A DNA stretch of 47,698 nucleotides, counting the filler, from Streblomastix strix (taxonomy: Eukaryota): NCBI GenBank assembly GCA_008636045.1. It is 2 parts of 2 records of this genome, joined end to end, with 100 filler letters (N's around TTAATTAATTAA, not from the genome) between each part and the next. Parts side by side here need not be neighbours in the genome. Positions count along the whole stretch, not along the records: positions 23,906 to 47,698 come from SNRW01000260.1; 1 more part is not named here. One strand, given 5' to 3'. Shown here one piece after another: positions 39,461 to 47,698 of the stretch. The notes under the pieces were generated by a model. The model was not told the origin of the DNA and searched no databases. It saw only the letters and a list, made by a program, of their open reading frames with translations. A program made the translations under genes and the position numbers. Numbering within the stretch: position 1 is the stretch's first letter; every line of letters starts with the position of its first letter.

Positions 39461-40147
39461 ATGCAGTCAAATTAAAAAGTCAACGGAATTGCAGGAGCCA
39501 TAATTTCATTTACTGAATCAAACACAAAGAACAAGCAAGAAAAACATATTGAATAATCAGAATCAGAGTCAACACTCTCACTTGATTAAGTTGCTTCTAG
39601 TTTAGAAGACCTTTTGAGAATAATCCGGAATAAAAAATCTTGTAAATAAGTTATTCGGATTCCAAAGCTACTACAATCACTCATTGCACTTGTCACTTTC
39701 AGACTAGGGACTCACTTAAGGGAATAAACAGATCTGTTGAGATTATAAGTGAGACGTCAAAGTAGAGAATGTCTATACTGTATTCGACTCTATGGAGATG
39801 AATAAGACCAATCAGAACTTGTAAATGTTGGATTTGGAAGAGTGATGATCATTACATTCTGCACAGCTGGAGGCGTAGGTGAAGAAAAAGATGCGGAGAT
39901 TGAAAATGGATTATGTCACATCTCCGATTTACTCAGATAACTACATGAAGGGAGAACTTGGTTAACATCCTTCCAACCACTTCCATTACTTGCACGAGTG
40001 TCATTAGAGTAAATTGAAGAAGAAGCAGCAATAGAAGAAATAGAAGCGTAAATGAATAATAAAGGAGATTATGATAATGGTTTTATCAAGACTGAGGCAA
40101 ACTATACGAAAGCAGCGACACTGAACCGCTTCATTAACCAGGACTGA
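39461..40147 (+). CDS. Tandem-family hypothetical protein, copy 3 (intact)
   Basis: MQSNQKVNGIAGAIISF...IPKLLQSLIALVTFRLGTHL...CTAGGVGEEKDAEIENGL...LHEGRTWLTSFQPLPLLARVSLEQIEEE...ATLNRFINQD-TGA. Start and stop are in the same frame. Confidence 0.85.
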
Positions 40148-43100
40148 ATATGATCAGTTTTGCATGTTCAGTTTTTAATCATTTTCACATATTCTCTTGT
40201 TCAGTCACAAAATAAAATATAATTAAAATCAAATATGATGCAATTCAAATACAGCAGATAATTGATACAATTTTCTGAATTTTTTTTTTCTCTTTTAACA
40301 TGATTTATAATAGATTTAAATAATTATTCATTATAAAATATTTATTTAAAAGTTAATTTTAATCAAGTTACACAGAACGACATATTTTATCAAAGCAAGA
40401 TTTGTGATAACAATATACACTGTAGTACCAATGAACGCTTTCAAATTTTTAAGTATGTAAATAATTAAAAATAATTTTATTTATGACGTTTATTATTTGA
40501 ATGCACTCCTACGTGAGATATACCTAATTTATTTTTTTCTTGCCAACAAATCATTTCTTTTGTTTTATAAATATGCAAAATATTTTTTTAAAATATATTA
40601 ACAATTTCTTCTGAATAGACAAATATTCAAATGATAACAAAGCAATATTCCGATTATTTTAAAAAAAAAAAGATTTTAGTACATTTTATCTCAGCGCTTA
40701 ATTTATATTTTGATTCAAACTCTACATATTTTTTAATTTATTAATTTTCTTCTTTGCATTCAAATTTTATTCAGATTCATTTTAATCTTCATAAAAAAAT
40801 TCTCTTTATTTAAGAATTGTTTTCAAATTAAATAATAATAATAGTTCAAATGATAAAAAATGCAAAAAATTGCATCAAATTCATTATTCAAATTATTTAC
40901 ATATTTGTTAGACATAATCGTCATATTAAATAACGTAACAATAGAAATAATTTTGATAAAATACAAGGACTTAAATTATAATATCAGTTACCTTCTAATT
41001 CCATCTTTTTCATAATAATTTTCATAATCATTGTAATTACAAACAACATTTTTTCGTCTAGGTATAATTAAAACTTTCAGCTAACATTCACATTTTCATA
41101 TTCGTGCGCATTCATAATAGCTATAAAAATAATAAACACAAATGATTCCAAATAAATGAATAAAAATTAAAAATTATTGAAAATAATGAATCTAAAAATT
41201 TAGTTAAAAATTCCGATTATTAAAAAAAAGATTAAATAGAATCCAGAAAAGATGATGAATTGAAATAATAAATGGAAGAAATCAGTGAAAATTATGATGT
41301 TTATTTACAGTGCAAATTCTGAGAACTTAATTCTTCCTATATAATCCATTATGTTATAGAATCATTCTCCACAATAAAACTCATCATTAACATCATCAAT
41401 TTCATCGTAATAATCAAATCAATTAAATAAATAATAAAATTTATATCTCAAATATGAAGAAAATATTAATTAATTTAAAAAGAAAATTCAGAATTTCCAA
41501 ATTGAAGTTTCGTTTATTAGATGATGAATTCGATTAAGTTGAAATACATAATCGTCATCGACCTCATCATACTCATGACCATCAAAGACATCATGATCAT
41601 AATTATTTTATAAGCTTTGAATTATAAAATAGTAATTTAATTATTATAAAAAATATTAAAGAATTATATTCGAAACAAATGATTTATACAAGATAAATGA
41701 TAATAAATCTTAAACAAAAAATAATATAATGATTAAATTGTATAAATAATTAATCTCATTATAAAACATCTTAGAAATAAATTGAAATTTAATCATTACA
41801 TCGATCTGAGCAACTTACAATTCAACATAATGAACACTTACAAGTCAATATCAATTTTTAAATTGATAAGAATAATAGTGATATTGAAAAAAATAAATAA
41901 AATATTAATTAATCATTTAAATGAACTCAATCTGCAAATTAAATAATAAAAAATGAAATCAGAAAATTGAAAGAAAAGAAAATAAAAATAGAAGAATAAG
42001 AATCAGATAAACTTCCTCAATCAATTGCAACTATTCTTGATAATGAATTTAAATAGCCACTGTTAAAATCTTTATAAGCTTATTTGTAACATTTATAATA
42101 AATTCAATTCAAACAATCAAATATTCAATCTACAATTTTCTTATATTTCTCCATTGCAATCAAATTCTAATATATCATTTGTATAATCACAATCTTTCCA
42201 AATTCTTCTTTTCTGAAGAATTATTTAAATAAAAGTTACTTATTATAACTCAAAAGATAAATAATATAATAATTAATAATTTAAAAAATTCCTAAATTAA
42301 TAACAAGAAAAATAATAAATAATAAAATCTATCTGTTTTAACATCTGCAAAACTTCGAAAACTAACCAAATCACAAACATCAAAAGTTTCTCATTCAGAT
42401 ATAATTCCTTCATTCACAAAATCATCTTCATAATTATAATAATTGTATAATTAATATTAATAATTTCAATCATTAATTCATTCTAAAAGAAAATAATAAT
42501 TTTATTATTAAAATTCTTCTTAATAATAATCATAAATATACTAACTTACTCTTCATCCTTCAATTCATACATATCCAAAAATGGATAATTTGCCTTATTT
42601 ATCTAAATAACAATAAAATCCACAAAATATATCGAATTAATAATTATTTCTGTCATTATGTTATCCATTCAATTAAATTCCTATTTCAGAATATCAATAA
42701 TATGAATAATAAATAGGAAAATAAAGAAAATAATAAAAAATTAAGAAATTATAGAAAATTATTAAAATTGTTGATATATTTCTAAAGAAGAAGTAAAATC
42801 TAAACATTTTCATATTTGTAATATTAATAATGATGAATATAATGAAATAGAATAAACAGATAAAGAATCAGATTACAAAACTGATAATATATACAACAAA
42901 TAACCAAATAAAAAGAAGAAATAACAATAAAAAGATAATATAATTATTTGTTTAGTTCTTTTATCCTGAATTTAGATCAATCTCAAGAATTCCAAATAAA
43001 ATTAGATAATGAAAGCATTCGAAGCATCTCTAACATTTCATACATTATTAATAATAAACTCAACTAACAATAATTAAATAAAATATCATTTGTACAAATC

Positions 43101-43819
43101 TAATAAAACAACTTAAATTGCATCTCACAAAGCTTTCAATCATAATCAAGAAGTCATAAGTTGAGAAATGGAAGATTGCAATTTCCTTTATTGTCAAATT
43201 ATTCAGAACAATAATAAGATACAACTGAAGGTCGAGATTTCTGATGGATTCTGATTGGTCTGTTTGCTGTGTTTGTTATGGATGAGTAACATTTGAAGGG
43301 TAATATAATAAAAATTGATTATAGAGGTGAGAAATTGGTATATATAAATATAAGAATTATAGATGATGATATAAGAAGTAATGATTAATAATGAATATTT
43401 GATATAGTATAATCAGATATTCAAAAACACTTCAATTCATATATAATCTGATTCTATTTTACATAAACATCATATTTTAAATAATTATAAGCTTTACAAT
43501 TACTAAAATTATATAAAAAATACTAACAATTTTCTAAAATTAATCACTAATCATCATAAAAAAATAAGCACATTATCAAAATATTCAAAATTCAAACATA
43601 TATCCAACAAATTACTTCATTAATTGATGTAATCATTTTAATTAACAGAAATTTTAAATTTTACAAATCGACTATTGTATGATTAAATTAGATAAATACT
43701 TTCTCAAACGAGATTTGAATCTGAAATTCAATAAGAAAGAATTATTATCATCACGTAACATTCAAAAACCCAATATGTGTTTATTCAATTATTCTCAAAT
43801 ATATTTGGTAATTAAGATT

Positions 43820-45170
43820 ATGATGAATGCATAGTTCGCCAGACAAGTACATAATTCAATTATGGATATGAATACTTGGTTAACTCACCTCGACTAGTTA
43901 TTACTCCATCAACAGATCGATGTTATATTACTCTTACTCTCTCACTACATTTACATCTTAATGGTAACCCAGCAGGTCCAGCTGAAACAATAAAGACTAA
44001 AACAACAAAAGATTTGGCAAAGGCACTTGCATGTAAATGTGTTGTTTTTAATTGTTCAGATCAGATTGATTATGTAAAATGATACGCAGATTCTTCTCAT
44101 GACTTATCTAAGCGTTTATTTGAACTTGTTTTGGTGAACTCAATGATATTGATATCGAATCGCTTCTTGTTATTGCAATATGGTCATTTATGGTTTTTGA
44201 TGCAGTCAAACAACAACTAATACATTTTGAATTTGAAGGAAATGCGATCGAATTGAATTCAAATTGTTGATTCTTCATATCATTGAATCTATACTTTGCA
44301 GGTTGAATTGAACTTCATGAAAACTTGAATGCATTATTCCGACCAGTTGCTTTGATGATTCCTGATTATGCATTGATTGCTGAAATTATTCTTTTCTCAA
44401 AAAGTTTTCTAACAGATGAAGATCTCGCATATAAAATGATTCGACTTTATAAACCGAGTTCAAAATAACTGTCTTAAAAAGATCATTATAACTTTTGTAT
44501 GTGAGTAGTTATATCTATTTTAGATATGGCAAGTGCTTTGAAGCGTAAATATGATACATTGAGTAAAGATACTTTGCTTATTTGAAGATTAAGAGATACA
44601 AACACTCCAAAATTCATTTCAGGCGATGATCCACTTTTCATTGATATTATTTGATATCTATTTCCTGGTGTTAATATCCCATCACTTGAACATGCTATTT
44701 TGTAAGGTGTGATATCAACAGCATAGAAAATATAAGGAATGCAACCAGCATAACAATTCATTCTTAAATGTCTTCAAGTTTATGAAACATTGGAAGTTCG
44801 ATGTGAATTAATTCTTGTTAGTGAGACTGAAACTTGTAAGACAAAATGTTTGAGAGCATTAAGTGATGGATTATATAATATTCATAAAGGAGCATCAGAA
44901 GGAAAAGCAGAATGAGCTGGATTTGGAAAAGTGTAAGCAATTTCACTCAATACAAAAACTGTAACAATGGGAGAATTATATGGAGATAATTCGTGAATGT
45001 AATTATAGACTTATGCCTTACTATATAAATGAGATGATTAAATAAACTAAAGAAGCAGAAATTTCATCAGAATAAGCATCATAAGAAAAGAGAATAAAAA
45101 TTCTAAAACCTCGAGATGTTATTTTGTTTGTTTGACCATTAGATGTTATTTGGATTGAATCAATGAACTC
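43820..45170 (+). pseudogene. Axonemal dynein heavy chain fragment (AAA1-AAA2 region), pseudogene
   Basis: [134 protein letters not shown]. Walker A is degenerate (GPAETIKT vs GPAGTGKT), with many TGAs and frameshifts. Confidence 0.9.
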
Positions 45171-47067
45171 TTTAATTAATGCCTTAACATATTTTTATTA
45201 GGGCCAATTATTCGATTTCTTCGACAATAAGACTGCGATAAAGAATAATTAATTGGAAACAAGACTTGAGAAAATCATTCAAATTTTATTTCTACTGCAA
45301 AGATTGATCTTGTTAGATTAATTTTTAAATCTTTTCTTGTCAATGACAGAACAATATGCATCATCAAAGCCAACAAACTTCTTCAATCCATCAGATGGAT
45401 TAACAACAGCTCTATAATAATAATCATCTTATCAATAATCATCATCATCATCATCTCAATAAACTTCCAATATTACACAATCAAACATCGATCTTCGACA
45501 CATTCAGTTCACATTAGCCATTCAACAGACACTTGTCTCAGTTCGAGCACAACAAGCATTCACATCAGCTGCATCTGCTATAAACAACTCTGAAATCATT
45601 GAATTGATGAATTTTTCTGTTAAATGAGAAGAAAGAATGCTATTGAGAGATGTTGTTTATAAGAAAAATAATTAAAACGAAGTGGAATTAGAATAACAAA
45701 TAAAGGATATTGGAAAGAATGATGAGAAAGAATAAGAAATAAGAAAAAGAAAAATCATCTAAATTAATCAATATCAAATAACCAATTGAATTATCCTAAT
45801 AATAAACAAACATAATAAACAAAATAAGTAGCACAATAACATCTCCCATCATTTTTAGATCTTCTATTTGCAACTCCATTAGAAGAAGTTCCAATATATT
45901 TCTTCCCATAACTCCCATCAATGAGATTACAATAAGCAACTGTATCAAGATTGATTTCTGGACTTTATAGAATGACATCATCAACATTAGCTCTTGCTGA
46001 AGCTACATCTGAATTAAATGCTTAGTAATAAAATAATATTAATTATTATTTTAATATTAATCTTCATCTACTTAATAATATTTAATAAAAATAGATATAG
46101 TAAAATTAATCAACAAACTCATAATTCATTGAATCTTCTTACAAATGGTTTTGTAATAATCCCTTACAAATTGATTCTTTTTAATGTTACTTTATCTTTG
46201 ATGTAATTTCCTACTTCCACACAATGCCAGAAGAAGAAAAAAGTTGCTAGTGTTGAACTACAAAAGAAGTTTTTCTTATCAAAGTTTTCAATTAATTATT
46301 TTTTTTGTAAATATAAATAAAGAAGAATTTGAAATTAGTATTACCAAAAAATCATTAAAATGAATATGTAAAATTAAAAGCAGCATAATAATTATAAAAT
46401 ATTTAATTTTCTTAATCTAAATTGAACGAAATGTCCGATTTTTCACTCGCAAATAATTAAGGAAACGAGTTATAATATCTCTTTTGAATACAAGATTGTT
46501 CGAGATAAATCAGAATTAATATCAAAATATAATATTAAAAAGCATAATAATTATTTATTTTCACTCTATAACACAATAGAAAAAATTGCATCGAAAAACC
46601 GCTGATTTCTATCAAAGAAAGATTGCCAAATATCTATAATATTGCAAAAGTGCAATATGATATAGTTTCTTTATTTTTTATTATTTGCAGACCAATTTAT
46701 TTATTCACTAATCCACTTTTTTTTAAAACGTCGAAAGTATTTCAGCTCTATTTATTCGGTTGTTTTCCTAGCTAACATCGTTTAGCACTCATTAATCAAA
46801 ATAAGTATTGATTTCTTTATCTATAAATTGACAATAATTATCATAATACTCCATTTCACAAGCATTAAACTGCCATTCAAACTTTTTAAATAACCATTTA
46901 CTTCTTTAAAACATACAAACGCCTACTTTATAATATAATTAATCTGAATTATTTCATTAAATATTATTTTCAAACATTTTATTGATTATTTTCTCATAAT
47001 TATTCTCTAATTATTATCAAGTTTCCTATTTAATTTTCTAATTCTTTTATTATATAATCAGAATTAA

Positions 47068-47698
47068 ATGCAGTCTAAATAAAAAATCTAAAATACAGCA
47101 AGTCTCATAATTTAGTTTATTGATTCATACACATAAAATAAATAAAGAAAATAAAATGAATAATAAGAATCAGAGTCAGCAATCTCACTTGCTTAAGTTA
47201 CTTCTAGTCTAGAATACCTTTGGGGACAAATCGATTATCGTAAATCATGTAAATAAGTTACTTAGATTCCGAAGCTACTTCATTCACTCATTGCACTTGT
47301 CACTTTCAGACTAGGGACTCACTTAAATGAATAAACAGATCTGTTGAGATTAGGAGTGAGACGTCAAAGTAGATATTGTCTTTATTGGATTCGGGTCTAT
47401 GGAGATAAATAAATACAAAAGGAGCTTGTTAATGTTGGATTCGGAAGAATGATGTCCATTTCATTCTGCACTGCTGGAGGCATTGGTGAAGAATAAGATG
47501 GGGAGATAAATGTTGTATTGAGTTACATCTCCGGGTTCCTCAAAGCACTACATGAAGGGAGAAATGATGAATGGTTACCATCCTTCCAACCACTTCCATT
47601 ACTAGTTCCAGTGTCGTTAGAATAAATTGAAGAAGAAGGAGCAATAGAAGAAATAGAAACATAAATGAATAATAATGGAAATTATGGCTACATCAAAA
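47068..47698 (+). CDS. Tandem-family hypothetical protein, copy 4 (3'-partial)
   Basis: MQSKQKIQNTASLIIQFIDS...IPKLLHSLIALVTFRLGTHLNEQTDLLRLGVRRQSR...CTAGGIGEEQD...LHEGRNDEWLPSFQPLPLL. Runs off the window end. Confidence 0.85.

Noticed and set aside
43244..43300. SVCCVCYG*VTFEG resembling the start of a PHD finger
   Set aside because: Only the first Cys pair is visible, it is interrupted by TGA, and the remaining ligands were not found.
43820..45170. TGA read as Trp or Sec in the dynein segment
   Set aside because: The TGAs fall at expected Gly, Arg and Trp positions alike, alongside frameshifts and a broken Walker A motif, which indicates ordinary pseudogene decay.

Overview
AT-rich, intron-rich eukaryotic nuclear DNA in which TAA/TAG encode Gln and only TGA is a stop (translation table 6). 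The supplied standard-code ORF track therefore fragments every real gene. The code, the ~50-330 nt GT-AG introns and the expanded lineage-specific families best fit the oxymonad Streblomastix (inference, not a database result). An artificial N44-TTAATTAATTAA-N44 linker at 23806-23905 probably joins two separate contigs. Left part: a partial K/D/E-rich gene, an ARM-like protein ending in CaaX, two genes sharing a SPRY-like C-terminal module (one ARM/coiled-coil, one F-box-like), PTEN, and CFAP57/WDR65. CFAP57 is flanked by a ~2.1 kb inverted duplication carrying a PHO80-like cyclin; the outer ends of the duplication stop at the ATGs of two unrelated genes (F-box/SPRY-like and a NEK-like kinase). 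Right part: four tandem copies of a ~225-aa gene, a structurally complete but mutated 7.6 kb DIRS-type tyrosine-recombinase retrotransposon, the terminus of a second divergent DIRS family, and a region of decayed gene fragments including a dynein heavy chain pseudogene. The DIRS element has inverted termini and an ICR, and one ~7 kb Gag-to-recombinase frame with RT-RNaseH-MT nested inside it in another frame. All translations and alignments were done by eye; exon edges may be off by a few nt.
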